Origin: Nocardioides sp.
GTDB lineage: Bacteria; Actinomycetota; Actinomycetes; Propionibacteriales; Nocardioidaceae
DNA length: 64,000 nucleotides
NCBI GenBank assembly: GCA_030698375.1
Contig: JAUYLL010000045.1
Coordinates: 2,249-66,248 of the forward strand
Direction: 5' to 3'
The notes below the pieces were generated by a model. It was given only the letters and a program-made list of their open reading frames with translations, did not search any database and was not told the DNA's origin. The position numbers were made by a program, and so were the translations under genes. The stretch's first letter is position 1. The number at the start of each line of letters is the position of its first letter. This document shows positions 36,691-46,708 of this stretch, in pieces.

Positions 36691-37575
36691 CTAGTCCGTG
36701 ACGGGGCGTCGGCGCGCGCTGAGCTCGTGCACGGAGCCGGAGGGCCGGCGTACGGCGTCGGGGTCGCCGTCGTCCGGCACCGAGCCGAGGTAGGACAGCA
36801 CCGCGTCGTGCAGGTGTCCGTTGGTCGCCACCGCGTTGCCGCCCCAGGGACCGGGCTCGCCGGCGAGCGAGGTGAAGGTCCCGCCGGCCTCACGGACGAT
36901 GATGTCGAGGGCAGCCATGTCGTGGACCTCCAGCTCCGGCTCGGCAGCGAGGTCGACGGCACCCTCCGCGACGAGGACGTAGGACCAGAAGTCGCCGTAG
37001 GCACGAGTGCGCCAGCAGCGGCGGGAGAGCGAGAGGAAGTCGCCGAGCTGGTCGCGCTCCTCCCAGCCCGAGAGCGAGGAGTAGGAGAACGAGGCATCGG
37101 CGAGGTCGTCGACGTCGGAGACCCGGCAGGGCATCGCCTTCACCAACGAGCGCCCCGTCCAGGCCCCGGAGCCCGTCGAGGCCCACCACCGGCGGTTCAG
37201 CCGCGGGGCCGAGACGACCCCGACCACCACCTCGTCATCGACCACCAGGCTGATCAGGGTCGCCCAGACCGGCACGCCCCGCACGAAGTTCTTGGTGCCG
37301 TCGATCGGGTCGACGACCCAGCGCCGGTTGCTGCTTCCGGTGGTGCCCTCCTCCTCGCCGGTGACGGCGTCGCGAGGACGCGCGCGCGAGAGGGTGCGGC
37401 GGATCATCTCCTCGACGGACCGGTCGGCGTCCGTGACCGGGGTGAGGTCGGGCTTGCGCGCCACGTGCAGGTCGATCGCCCCGAAGCGGTCGGTGGTCAA
37501 CGAGTCCGCGTCGTCGGCCAGCAGGTGGGCCAGACGGAGGTCGTCGGTGAAGTCGGCGGGCCTGGCGGAGGACAT
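36691..37575 (-). CDS. hisN: Histidinol-phosphatase (IMPase family)
   Basis: KPDLTPVTDAD, DPIDGTKNFVRGVPVWATLI and AYGDFW motifs. Confidence 0.88.
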   Translation of the reverse strand: MSSARPADFTDDLRLAHLLADDADSLTTDRFGAIDLHVARKPDLTPVTDADRSVEEMIRRTLSRARPRDAVTGEEEGTTGSSNRRWVVDPIDGTKNFVRGVPVWATLISLVVDDEVVVGVVSAPRLNRRWWASTGSGAWTGRSLVKAMPCRVSDVDDLADASFSYSSLSGWEERDQLGDFLSLSRRCWRTRAYGDFWSYVLVAEGAVDLAAEPELEVHDMAALDIIVREAGGTFTSLAGEPGPWGGNAVATNGHLHDAVLSYLGSVPDDGDPDAVRRPSGSVHELSARRRPVTD

Positions 37576-37602
37576 GGCGGTCAAGGTACCGCGCCGGCTC
37601 CC

Positions 37603-38619
37603 TCAGTCCTCCTCGGCCGCCTCGCGGCTGGCCAGCAGCCGCCGGAACGAGTCGACCCGCGCCGGGGTGGTCTCGGCGTCGGAGACCGCGTCGTCGAGGC
37701 CGCACTCGGGCTCCCCGACGCCGTGGGTGCAGCCGCGCGAGCAGGTGTCGGTGAGCGCGGCGAGGTCGGGGAATGCCTCGATGAGCCGGGCCGGCTGCAC
37801 GTGGGCGAGCCCGAAGGAGCGGATGCCGGGGGTGTCGACGATCCAGCCGTCGGCAGGGCCGTCGGGGTCGGTGCCGGGGAGGGCGAGCATCAGCGCCGAG
37901 GTGGAGGTGTGCCGCCCGCGACCGGTGACGGCGTTGACGTGGCCCGTCGCCCGGTGGGTCCCGGGGACGAGCGCGTTGACGAGCGTGGACTTCCCGACGC
38001 CGCTGTGGCCGATCATCACGCTCGTGCGGCCAGCCAGCCGTGCCCGTAGGTCGTCGAGCTCCTCGCCGCGGCGGGTGACCACCCACGGCACGTCCAGCGG
38101 TCGGTAGATCTCCAGCAGGGTCTCGGGGTCGGCCAGGTCGGGCTTGGTCAGGCACAGCAGCGGGTCCATGCCGGCCGCGTACGCCGCCACGATCGCCCGG
38201 TCGATCAACCGCGGCCGGGGCTCGGGATCGGCCAGGGCGGCGACGACCACGAGCTGGTCGGCGTTGGCGACGATCACCCGCTCGACGGGGTCGGAGTCGT
38301 CGGCGGTACGGCGCAGCACGGTGCGGCGCTCACCCACCTCGACGATGCGCGCCAGCGACCCGTCGACCCCGGACGTGTCGCCGACCATGCGGACGCGGTC
38401 GCCGACGACCACGCCCTTGCGGCCCAGCGGCCGCGACTTCATCGCGGTGACGAGGTGCGTGCCCTCGGCGATCCGGCAGGTGTAGCGGCCGCGGTCGACG
38501 GTGACGACGACGCCGTCCACCGCGTCGTCGTACGACGGACGGTCCTTGGTGCGCGGCCGGGTGCGGCGGCGCGGCCGCTCGTAGCTGTCCGGGTCGTGCG
38601 GGTCGAACCGCGGGCTCAC
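37603..38619 (-). CDS. rsgA: Ribosome small-subunit-dependent GTPase A
   Basis: [22 protein letters not shown] and CxxxCxHxxxxxxC motifs. Confidence 0.92.
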   Translation of the reverse strand: MSPRFDPHDPDSYERPRRRTRPRTKDRPSYDDAVDGVVVTVDRGRYTCRIAEGTHLVTAMKSRPLGRKGVVVGDRVRMVGDTSGVDGSLARIVEVGERRTVLRRTADDSDPVERVIVANADQLVVVAALADPEPRPRLIDRAIVAAYAAGMDPLLCLTKPDLADPETLLEIYRPLDVPWVVTRRGEELDDLRARLAGRTSVMIGHSGVGKSTLVNALVPGTHRATGHVNAVTGRGRHTSTSALMLALPGTDPDGPADGWIVDTPGIRSFGLAHVQPARLIEAFPDLAALTDTCSRGCTHGVGEPECGLDDAVSDAETTPARVDSFRRLLASREAAEED

Positions 38620-39917
38620 CCGAACAGCCCCGCCCAGGCGCCGGGGAAGTCCGGGAAGGTCTTGGCGGTGGTGGCGACGTCCTCGACGAGCACCTCTGGC
38701 ACGGCGGCGGCGACGACGACCGCAGCGTGCGCCATCCGGTGGTCGGCGTAGGTGCGGAAGGTTCCGCCGCGCAGAGGAGCGGGGGAGAAGCGCAGCCCGT
38801 CCTCGGTCTCGGTGACGTCCGCACCGAGCCGGCCGAGCTCGGTGGCCAGCGCCGCCAGGCGGTCGGTCTCGTGCCCGCGCACGTGGGCCACGCCGCGGAT
38901 CACCGACGGGCCCTCGGCGAGCGCGCAGAGGGCGGCGACGACCGGGGTGAGCTCGCCGACGTCGTGCAGGTCGAGGTCGACACCCCGGAGACCGGCCGGG
39001 GCGGTGGGGCCGGTGACCTGCAGACCGGCCGGCACCCGCTCGACGGTGCAGCCCATCGCGGCGAGGATCTCGCGGAGCACGTCGCCGGCCTGGGTGGTGG
39101 TCGCCGGCCAGTCGCGGACGGTCACGCTGCCCCCGGTGACGGCTGCGAGCGCGAGGAAGGGGCCTGCGTTCGAGAGGTCGGGCTCGACCGCGACGTCGGT
39201 GGCCCGGACGGGGCCGGGGTGCACACGCCAGCGGTCCGGGACGCTGTCGTCGACCTGGACGCCGTGCTCGCGCAGGCTGGCGACGGTCATCGCGAGGTGG
39301 GGCAGCGACGGCACCGGGGGGCCCTCGTGACGGACCTCCACGCCGTCGTCGTAGGCCGGCCCCGCGAGCAGGAGCGCCGAGATGAACTGGCTCGAGGCCG
39401 AGGCATCGATGACGGTGGTGCCGCCGCGGACCGCGCCCGTGCCGTGCACGGTGAACGGCAGCCGGCCGCGACCGTCGTCGTCGATGCGCACCCCTAGCCC
39501 GCGCAGGCCGGCGAGCACCTCACCCATCGGGCGGGTGCGGGCGTGCGGGTCCCCGTCGAAGGTGACCGGGCCGTCGGCGAGCGCGGCCACCGGCGGCACG
39601 AAGCGCATAACGGTGCCGGCCAGCCCGCAGTCGACGTGGGTGCCGCCCCGCCACGGCCCGGGGGTGACGGTCCAGTCCGCCCCGGCGGTGTCGACGTCGG
39701 CGCCGAGCGCCGTGAGCGCCTGCGCCATCAGCAGGGTGTCGCGCGAGCGCAGTGCACGGCCGACGACCGACGGGCCGTCGGAGAGCGCCGCGAGCAGCAG
39801 GGCCCGGTTGGTGAGGGACTTCGAGCCCGGCAGCGAGACCTCCGCGTGCACCGGGCCCCCGGCGTACGGCGCGGGCCAGGGGTCGGCCACGGGGGCGGCT
39901 GCGGGGGAGTGGCTCAT
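38616..39917 (-). CDS. aroA: EPSP synthase
   Basis: [25 protein letters not shown] and KTFP motifs. Confidence 0.95.
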   Translation of the reverse strand: MSHSPAAAPVADPWPAPYAGGPVHAEVSLPGSKSLTNRALLLAALSDGPSVVGRALRSRDTLLMAQALTALGADVDTAGADWTVTPGPWRGGTHVDCGLAGTVMRFVPPVAALADGPVTFDGDPHARTRPMGEVLAGLRGLGVRIDDDGRGRLPFTVHGTGAVRGGTTVIDASASSQFISALLLAGPAYDDGVEVRHEGPPVPSLPHLAMTVASLREHGVQVDDSVPDRWRVHPGPVRATDVAVEPDLSNAGPFLALAAVTGGSVTVRDWPATTTQAGDVLREILAAMGCTVERVPAGLQVTGPTAPAGLRGVDLDLHDVGELTPVVAALCALAEGPSVIRGVAHVRGHETDRLAALATELGRLGADVTETEDGLRFSPAPLRGGTFRTYADHRMAHAAVVVAAAVPEVLVEDVATTAKTFPDFPGAWAGLFG

Positions 39918-39928
39918 CGGGCCTCAGT

Positions 39929-41104
39929 CTAGGACTGGTCGGCGTGCGCGGGCTCGGCGTCGACCTCCGGCGGACCACCGGCGACGAGCACCGCGATCAC
40001 CGTGGTGATGGGGACCGCCGCGATGATGCCGAGACCGCCGACGAGGGCACGCAGGACCTCCTGGCCGATGCCGTCGGAGAGGAAGGCGCTGGTGAAGTCC
40101 GAGGAGGTCAGGCTGAGCAGGAGCAGGATCGGCAGCATCGACGAGGCATAGGCCAGCACGAGGGTGTTGACGGCCGCGGTGACGTGCGAGCGGCCGATGC
40201 GCATCGCGCCGGCGTACACCCGCCGGCGGGAGGCCTTCGGGTCCGCGGCCCGGAGCTCCCACACGGCCGCGGCCTGGGTGACGGTGACGTCGTCGAGCAC
40301 CCCGAGCGCACCGATGATCAGCCCGGCGAGGATGAGGCCCTCGTAGTCGAGATCGCCCTGGAGCGCGCTGAGGAACGAGACCGACTCGTTGCTGAAGCCG
40401 GTGAAGCGCGCCGCGCCGGAGAAGAGGGCGCCGAGCACGCCGGCGAGGGTCAGGGACAGCAACGTGCCGAGGAGCGCGACCGAGGTGACGGCGCGGATGC
40501 CGTGGCCGAGGTAGAGCGTCACGATCATCACCGCCGACGCGGCGACGATGGCGACTATCAGCGGTGACTGCCCGGCCAGCAGGTTCGGCAGGACGAACCA
40601 GATCACCAGCGCCAACGAGAGGGCGAGGCTGAGCAGGGAGGCGACGCCGCGCCAGCGCGAGAGCACGATGACCGCGAGGGCGAAGACGAGCACCATGAGG
40701 TACATCGGGGTGGAGCGGTCGAAGTCGACGATCGACCACTGCACCGCCTCGAGGTTGTCGGCGGCGTGGAAGAGGACCACGTCGTCCCCGACCGCGACCC
40801 GGGGCGCACCCGACCCCAGGGGCGCGGGCGCCTCGACCTCGTCGCCGGCGCTGAAGGTGGTGCTGTCGGCGGGTGCCTCGTCGAGCGTGACGGTCGCGGC
40901 GCTGCAGCGGCCGGTCGGACCGGGGCCGACCACCGACTCCAGACCCGGCGAGCAGGCCTGGACGGAGACGATCTCGCCGGTGACCCGCTCGGGTCGCTCG
41001 TAGCCCTGCGGTCCGGTGACGTCGCTGTCGGGCCACAGCGCGATGAGGGCGACAGCCGTGACCGCCACCAGCGGCAGCACGAGGGCGAACAGCACCAGCC
41101 GCAC
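39929..41104 (-). CDS. YibE/F family membrane protein (start uncertain)
   Basis: IGALGVLDDVTVTQ and VNTLVLAYA motifs. Confidence 0.85.
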   Translation of the reverse strand: MRLVLFALVLPLVAVTAVALIALWPDSDVTGPQGYERPERVTGEIVSVQACSPGLESVVGPGPTGRCSAATVTLDEAPADSTTFSAGDEVEAPAPLGSGAPRVAVGDDVVLFHAADNLEAVQWSIVDFDRSTPMYLMVLVFALAVIVLSRWRGVASLLSLALSLALVIWFVLPNLLAGQSPLIVAIVAASAVMIVTLYLGHGIRAVTSVALLGTLLSLTLAGVLGALFSGAARFTGFSNESVSFLSALQGDLDYEGLILAGLIIGALGVLDDVTVTQAAAVWELRAADPKASRRRVYAGAMRIGRSHVTAAVNTLVLAYASSMLPILLLLSLTSSDFTSAFLSDGIGQEVLRALVGGLGIIAAVPITTVIAVLVAGGPPEVDAEPAHADQS

Positions 41105-41170
41105 GTTGCGGGGAAGCGCTACGGCAACCTCGCCGGGGGCGCGGTCGCCGTGCGCGTGACGGGCCAGGGG

Positions 41171-41701
41171 TCAGCCGACCTGGGCGCGGGCGAGCTTGGC
41201 CTCGCGCTTGGCGGACTTCGCGGCCCGCCGGACTTCGCGGCGGGCCTGGCCGGCACCGTGCTGTGCGCGCCAGGCCAGACCGGGCTTGCCGTCGGTGTCG
41301 ACGGCGGCGAGCAGCGTGCCACCGAAGAGCGAGACGTTCTTGAAGAAGAGCGCCATCTCGTGGCGCTTCTCCGTCGGGTCGGACTCCTCCCAGAAGCGGT
41401 GGCCGACGGCGGTGGTCGGGACCAGCGTGGCCGCGAGCAGGGTGGCGGCCAGTCGGGGCTGGCGGTTCGTGGCGAGGGCGAGGCCGGCGACGACCTGGAC
41501 GCCGGCGTTGATGCGCACGAGCGTCTTCGCGTCCTGCGGGACCGGGACCTGGGGCGCGGCCTTCGCCGCCGCGGGCGCCACCTTGTCGGTGACCGGGCGG
41601 GCCTTCGCAGCCAGGGCGTCGGCATTGCGCAGGGCATGGACGCCACCGACGATGAACGTCGACGCGAGGAGCGGGCGGGCGAGCAGCCTGGTGACAGTCA
41701 T
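41171..41701 (-). CDS. DoxX family membrane protein
   Basis: RLLARPLLA, PTT..GHRFW and FFKNVSL motifs. Confidence 0.85.
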   Translation of the reverse strand: MTVTRLLARPLLASTFIVGGVHALRNADALAAKARPVTDKVAPAAAKAAPQVPVPQDAKTLVRINAGVQVVAGLALATNRQPRLAATLLAATLVPTTAVGHRFWEESDPTEKRHEMALFFKNVSLFGGTLLAAVDTDGKPGLAWRAQHGAGQARREVRRAAKSAKREAKLARAQVG

Positions 41702-41753
41702 GCGCCCTTCCTACCCCATGACCCCGGCTGCTACGCAGCCCTAGGGTGTGTCC

Positions 41754-42530
41754 ATGTGCGGCCGCTACGCCTCCAGCAGGGAGCCCGACGACCTCGTCGA
41801 GGAGTTCGACGTCGTGCGCAGCGAGGTGGGTGCGGGGATCCCCCCCGACTGGAACGTCGCCCCCACCAAGGAGGTGTACGCCGTCCTCGAGCGTCCGCCG
41901 GCCCCCGAGCGGGACCGGCCCCAGGCCGAGCGGCAGTTGCGCGTCCTCACCTGGGGGCTGGTGCCGTCCTGGGCCAAGGATCCCTCGATCGGCAGCCGGA
42001 TGATCAATGCGCGCACCGAGACTGTCGCGGAGAAGCCCGCCTTCCGGAAGGCCTTCGCGTCCCGACGCTGCCTGCTTCCCGCGGACGGCTACTACGAGTG
42101 GTACGCCGCTCCCGCGGTTGAGGAGGGGGGTGGGGGAGCGCGGTCCAAGCCGCGCAAGCAGCCGTTCTACATCCGCCCCGCCGACGGCGGGGTGCTGGCC
42201 CTCGCGGGCCTCTACGAGATCTGGCGCGACCCGGCCCGGGCCGACGACGACCCGCTGCGGTTCCGGTGGACGTGCACGGTGCTGACGACCACGGCCGAGG
42301 ACGCCCTGGGCCGCATCCACGATCGGATGCCTCTGCTCGTCGAGCCCGCACGGCGTGACGCCTGGCTGGACCCCACGGTCTCCGGGGCCGACCGGCTCGA
42401 CCTGCTGGTGCCCGCGGCGCCGGGCCGGCTGGTCGCGCAGCCGGTGTCGACGCTGGTGAGCAACGTCCGCAACAACGGGCCCGAGCTCACCGAGCCCATC
42501 CCGCTCACCGAGGCACTGGTGGAGGCCTGA
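41754..42530 (+). CDS. SOS response-associated peptidase (SRAP/HMCES-like)
   Basis: MCGRY N-terminus, INAR.E, GYYEW and IHDRMP motifs. Confidence 0.92.
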   Translation: MCGRYASSREPDDLVEEFDVVRSEVGAGIPPDWNVAPTKEVYAVLERPPAPERDRPQAERQLRVLTWGLVPSWAKDPSIGSRMINARTETVAEKPAFRKAFASRRCLLPADGYYEWYAAPAVEEGGGGARSKPRKQPFYIRPADGGVLALAGLYEIWRDPARADDDPLRFRWTCTVLTTTAEDALGRIHDRMPLLVEPARRDAWLDPTVSGADRLDLLVPAAPGRLVAQPVSTLVSNVRNNGPELTEPIPLTEALVEA

Positions 42531-43174
42531 TGTCCGACGTCCGCACCTTCGAGACCCCGCACGGCCCGGGACGTCTGCACGTCTCCCGAGCCCGGCGCCC
42601 TCGGGCGACCCTGCTGGTCAGCCACGGCGCGGGCGGCGGCATCGACGCCCCCGACCTGTTGGCCCTGGCCCGCGACCTGCCGCGCAACGGCGTCACGGTC
42701 GTGCGCCTGGAGCAGCCGTGGCGGGTCGCCGGACGGAAGATCGCCGGTCCGCCGGCCTCTCTCGACGAGGGGCTGCGCGCCGGCGCCTCCGCCCTGCGCA
42801 CCCGGACGCCGCTCGTGGTGGGCGGGCGCAGCGCCGGGGCGCGCAGCGCCGCCCGGTGCGCCCGCTCCCTCGGCGCGGTCGGCTGCCTGGCGCTCTCGTT
42901 TCCCCTCCACCCGCCCGGTCGGCCCGAGAAGTCCCGCGCCGACGAGCTGCTCGGCTCGGGGGTGGCCACGCTCGTGGTCCAGGGCGAACGCGACGCGTTC
43001 GGCCGGCCCGAGGAGTTCCCGCCCGACGACGGGACCCGCCATCTCGTGATCGTGCCCGAGGCCGACCACGGGCTGAAGGTGCCGAAGCGGGCGGTCCTGG
43101 ACGCCGACGAGGTCGACGCGCTGGTGGTCGAGGCCACCCTCGAGTGGCTGGTCCGCGAGGTCGTCGGCGGGTGA
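42530..43174 (+). CDS. Alpha/beta hydrolase family protein
   Basis: HGAGG, GGRSAG, FPLHPPG and QGERD motifs. Confidence 0.85.
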   Translation: MSDVRTFETPHGPGRLHVSRARRPRATLLVSHGAGGGIDAPDLLALARDLPRNGVTVVRLEQPWRVAGRKIAGPPASLDEGLRAGASALRTRTPLVVGGRSAGARSAARCARSLGAVGCLALSFPLHPPGRPEKSRADELLGSGVATLVVQGERDAFGRPEEFPPDDGTRHLVIVPEADHGLKVPKRAVLDADEVDALVVEATLEWLVREVVGG

Positions 43175-43192
43175 CCTGATCGGGCGTGGCAG

Positions 43193-43219
43193 GGAATAGC
43201 GCGTGCAGCGGACCGGTTG
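43193..43219 (+). promoter_or_regulatory. SigR/SigH-dependent autoregulatory promoter GGAAT-N18-GTTG
   Basis: Exact consensus and spacing, upstream of sigR. Confidence 0.85.
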
Positions 43220-43300
43220 TGTCGTCGTACCGCGAAGGTGAGGAGAGCCGTGCAGACGACGCTGGACCGCAGGCCTACCGACGAGCGCCTAGGCTGGTCG

Positions 43301-43951
43301 GTGATGAGTCCACTCACCCAGGACGACGCGGCCACGCCGGTCGACCTCGCCACCGAGACCCAGGAGCAGCGCTCCGCGCGCTTCGAGAGTGACGCGCTGC
43401 CGTTCCTCGACCAGCTGTACGGCGCTGCGATGCGCATGACGCGGAACCCGGCCGACGCCGAGGACCTCGTGCAGGAGACGTTCGCGAAGGCGTTCTCGTC
43501 CTTCCACCAGTTCAAGCCCGGCACCAACCTGAAGGCCTGGCTGTACCGGATCCTGACGAACACGTTCATCAACAACTACCGCAAGAAGCAGCGGCAGCCG
43601 CAGCAGGCGATGACCGAGGACGTCGAGGACTGGCAGCTCGCCCGCGCCGAGTCGCACACCTCTGCGGGCCTGAAGTCTGCCGAGGTCGAGGCGCTCGAGC
43701 ACCTGCCCGACTCCGACGTGAAGGAGGCACTGCAGCAGCTCCCGGAGGACTTCCGGCTCGCGGTCTACCTCGCCGACGTCGAGGGGTTCCCGTACAAGGA
43801 GATCGCCGACATCATGGGCACGCCCATCGGCACCGTGATGTCGCGGCTGCACCGGGGGCGCCGTCAGCTGCGTGACCTGCTCGCGGACTACGCCCGCGGC
43901 CGCGGGATGCGCGTCCCGCAGGGCACGGACGGAAAGGGGAGCGACTCATGA
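43301..43951 (+). CDS. sigR: ECF sigma factor SigR/SigH (longer isoform possible from GTG 43250)
   Basis: [24 protein letters not shown] and [11 protein letters not shown]; followed by rsrA. Confidence 0.92.
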   Translation: MMSPLTQDDAATPVDLATETQEQRSARFESDALPFLDQLYGAAMRMTRNPADAEDLVQETFAKAFSSFHQFKPGTNLKAWLYRILTNTFINNYRKKQRQPQQAMTEDVEDWQLARAESHTSAGLKSAEVEALEHLPDSDVKEALQQLPEDFRLAVYLADVEGFPYKEIADIMGTPIGTVMSRLHRGRRQLRDLLADYARGRGMRVPQGTDGKGSDS

Positions 43952-44208
43952 GCTGCGAGAGTTGCGACTGCCAGACCGCGCTCAAGAACCTCTATCTCTT
44001 CCTCGACTCCGAGATCGACAACGCCAGTTGCGAGGAGATCCAGGCCCACATCGACTCCTGCTCGGACTGCCTGACCGAGTACGACCTCGAGCGCCTGGTG
44101 AAGACCCTGGTCTCCCGCTCGTGCGCCGAGCGGGCTCCGGAGCCGCTGCGCGAGCGGGTGCTGCTGAGCATTCGGCGGGTCCAGGTCGCCATCGAACTCG
44201 ACGAGTGA
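43948..44208 (+). CDS. rsrA: Zn-binding anti-sigma factor RsrA/RshA
   Basis: HIDSCSDC (HxxxCxxC); overlaps sigR stop. Confidence 0.9.
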   Translation: MSCESCDCQTALKNLYLFLDSEIDNASCEEIQAHIDSCSDCLTEYDLERLVKTLVSRSCAERAPEPLRERVLLSIRRVQVAIELDE

Positions 44209-44321
44209 CCGCCCCCGGGGCCGGCACGTCGACCGCCCCGGTTTGGTCGTCCCCGTCCCACCTGGGATGATGGCCTCCGGTCCTGGCTGTCCAGGCCGAC
44301 CGCCAGCGTCGAGGAGGAACC

Positions 44322-44396
44322 ATGGGCAAGACCGGTCGCAAGCGTCGCGCGCGCAAGAAGAAGGCCGCTAACCACGGCAAGCGCCCCAACGCCTGA
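44322..44396 (+). CDS. 50S ribosomal protein bL37 (24 aa), not in ORF track
   Basis: MGKTGRKRRARKKKAANHGKRPNA; GAGGAGG RBS; position after rsrA. Confidence 0.9.
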   Translation: MGKTGRKRRARKKKAANHGKRPNA

Positions 44397-44413
44397 CCCC
44401 CGCGTCAGCGCAC

Positions 44414-44450
44414 ACGACCCCCGAGCCTCCGGCCGGGGGTTCGTTGCTTC
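44414..44450 (+). terminator. Hairpin terminator after bL37
   Basis: ACCCCCG...CGGGGGT stem followed by TCGTTGCTT. Confidence 0.55.
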
Positions 44451-44495
44451 CGGGCCCGATCGGTCGTCCAGGCTCCGTCGGGCACGATGGGTGGC

Positions 44496-44900
44496 ATGAA
44501 CGCCACCCCGGAGGTCCCCGCGGGCGCCTCGGCCACCTTGACCTTCACCGTGACCGACGACGACACCGCCGCAGCCGTCGGCTCGGGTGACCTCGCGGTC
44601 CTCGGTACGCCGCGGCTGCTGGCCTGGTGCGAGGCGGCCACCTGTGCCGCGCTCGCCGGCGTACTGCCCTCGGCGAGCACCTCGGTCGGCACCCGCGTCG
44701 GGCTCGAGCACAAGGCCGCCAGCCCCGTCGGGGCCGAGGTCGTCGTCACTGCCTCGGTGCTCCACGTCGACGGTCGCCTCGTCCGCTTCTCCGTCGCTGC
44801 CGAGCACTCCCTTGCGGGCGGTACGCCGACCCTCGTCGCCACCGGTGAGATCACCCGGGTCGTCGTCGACCGCGAGCGGTTCCTGGCGCGCCTGGGCTGA
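44496..44900 (+). CDS. FlK-like thioesterase
   Basis: GSGDLAVLGTP..LAWCE and SVGT...EH motifs. Confidence 0.85.
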   Translation: MNATPEVPAGASATLTFTVTDDDTAAAVGSGDLAVLGTPRLLAWCEAATCAALAGVLPSASTSVGTRVGLEHKAASPVGAEVVVTASVLHVDGRLVRFSVAAEHSLAGGTPTLVATGEITRVVVDRERFLARLG

Positions 44901-44958
44901 GCGGGACGCCGGTCAGGGAGTTTGGCCGTCTCGAGGATGTCGAAGTCCCTGACAGGCA

Positions 44959-44988
44959 ACGGAGTCCCCGGCCGGCCGGGGACTCCGT
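44959..44988. terminator. 30-bp perfect palindrome between convergent genes
   Basis: ACGGAGTCCCCGGCC|GGCCGGGGACTCCGT. Confidence 0.7.
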
Positions 44989-44994
44989 CACCCC

Positions 44995-46698
44995 TCAGAC
45001 CCCGAACGTGGCGCGCGGGTAGGCGGCCTCGACGTCGGTGATGACGTTGACCAGGTAGGGCACACCGGAGGCGAAGGCGCGGTCGAGGGCGGGGCCGATG
45101 TCGCGCGGGTCGGTGACCCGCTCGCCGGCACCGCCGAGCGCCTTGACCACCTCGTCGTAGCGGGTCTGGGGAGCCAGGTCCGCGGCGACGTCGTAGCCGT
45201 AGAGCATCTGCATCGGGCCCTTCTCCAGGCCCCAGGCGCTGTTGTTGCCGACCACCATGACCACGGGCAGGTCGTGCCGGACGAGGGTGTCGACGTCCAT
45301 GAGCGACATGCCGGCGGCCCCGTCGCCGTACAGCAGGACGACCTGGGACGAGGGACGGGCGAGACGGGCGGCGATGGCGCCGCCGAGGCCGGCGCCGAGA
45401 CAGCCGTAGGGGCCGGGATCGAGCCAGCCACCGGGGCGCTTGGGCTCGACGAACTTCCCGGCGAAGGAGACGAAGTCACCGCCGTCACCGATGACGACCG
45501 CGTCGTCCGCGAGCCGGGGGACCAGCTCGCCGTAGATCCGCGCCGGGTGGATCGGGTCGGCCTCGGCGCTGAGCAGCGCACGGTCCCGCTCGGTCGCGGC
45601 CGCGACCCCGCCCTGCAGGTCGGCGACCCAGGCGCTCCAGTCGGGACGGCGACCCTGGGCCTCCACGGCGGCGAGCAACCCGTCGAGGACCAGGGAGAGG
45701 TCCCCGGAGGCCGAGGCGGCCAGCTCGGCGTGGCGCGAGACCTGGCCGGGGGAGTCGGCAAGGTGCACGACCTTCGCCGGCGGTGCGCCCTCCTTCCCGC
45801 CGAAGACGCCGTAACCCAGGCGGAAGTCCAGGGGAGTGCCGACCACGATCGTCAGGTCGCAGGTGCCGAGCGCCGTGCTCCGCGCCTTGGTCATGAGCAG
45901 CGGGTGCCCGCCGGGGACGACGCCGCGGCCCATGCCGTTGGTGATGGCCGGCAGGCCGAGGTGCTCGACCAGGCGCAGGGCGGCGTCCTCGGCGCCGTCG
46001 GCCCAGACATCGGTGCCGAGGATCACCACGGGACGCTGCGCCTCGGCCAGCATGCTGGCCACCCGGTCGAGGGCGTCGGTGTCCGGTGCCAGCGGCTCCG
46101 CGCGGGTGACCGTGGGGCGATCAACCGACGCCGCGTTGAAGAGCTCGTCCATCGGGACGTCGACGAAGACCGGCCCACGGTGCGAGGACCCGGCGGCGAC
46201 GAAGGCCTCGTTCACGCCGCCGGCGATCTCCGGGGCGGTGTGGATGGTCCGGGCCAGCTTGGAGACAGGAGCGAAGATGGGCGGCTGGTCGAGCTCCTGC
46301 AGGCTGCCGGAGCCCCAGCGGCCTGCGGGCGCGCGTCCGCCGACGACCACCATCGGGGAGCCGGCGAACTGGGCCTGCGCGACGGCACTCACGCCGTTGG
46401 TCACGCCCGGGCCGGCGGTGAGCACCGCGAGGCCGGGTGTCCGGGTGAGCTTGCCCATGGCCTCGGCCGCGAACGCGGCGGTCTGCTCGTGGCGCACGTC
46501 GAGCAGACGCATCGGCGGGTCGGCCTTCACGGCGGCGTCGTACATGGGGAAGACATGGGCGCCGGAGAGGGTGAACATCACGTCGACGCCGTGCGCGGCG
46601 GCGACCGCCACGGCGTGCTCGCCGCCGTGGCCTTCGAGGGGCCCCGCCGGGGAGTCGGTCGTGCGGGCAGGGGTCTCGGGGGTGGACTGGTCCGTCAT
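44995..46698 (-). CDS. Acetolactate-synthase-like ThDP enzyme (IlvG-like)
   Basis: DVRHEQTA, TAGPGVTN and GDG...NN motifs. Confidence 0.88.
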   Translation of the reverse strand: MTDQSTPETPARTTDSPAGPLEGHGGEHAVAVAAAHGVDVMFTLSGAHVFPMYDAAVKADPPMRLLDVRHEQTAAFAAEAMGKLTRTPGLAVLTAGPGVTNGVSAVAQAQFAGSPMVVVGGRAPAGRWGSGSLQELDQPPIFAPVSKLARTIHTAPEIAGGVNEAFVAAGSSHRGPVFVDVPMDELFNAASVDRPTVTRAEPLAPDTDALDRVASMLAEAQRPVVILGTDVWADGAEDAALRLVEHLGLPAITNGMGRGVVPGGHPLLMTKARSTALGTCDLTIVVGTPLDFRLGYGVFGGKEGAPPAKVVHLADSPGQVSRHAELAASASGDLSLVLDGLLAAVEAQGRRPDWSAWVADLQGGVAAATERDRALLSAEADPIHPARIYGELVPRLADDAVVIGDGGDFVSFAGKFVEPKRPGGWLDPGPYGCLGAGLGGAIAARLARPSSQVVLLYGDGAAGMSLMDVDTLVRHDLPVVMVVGNNSAWGLEKGPMQMLYGYDVAADLAPQTRYDEVVKALGGAGERVTDPRDIGPALDRAFASGVPYLVNVITDVEAAYPRATFGV

Positions 46699-46708
46699 GT
46701 GACGGAGG

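Noticed and set aside
41105-41167. Out-of-frame His-containing stretch (ARHAHGD...) upstream of YibE/F, suggesting a frameshifted N-terminus
   Set aside because: No ATG/GTG start in that frame; cannot be supported without homolog alignment.
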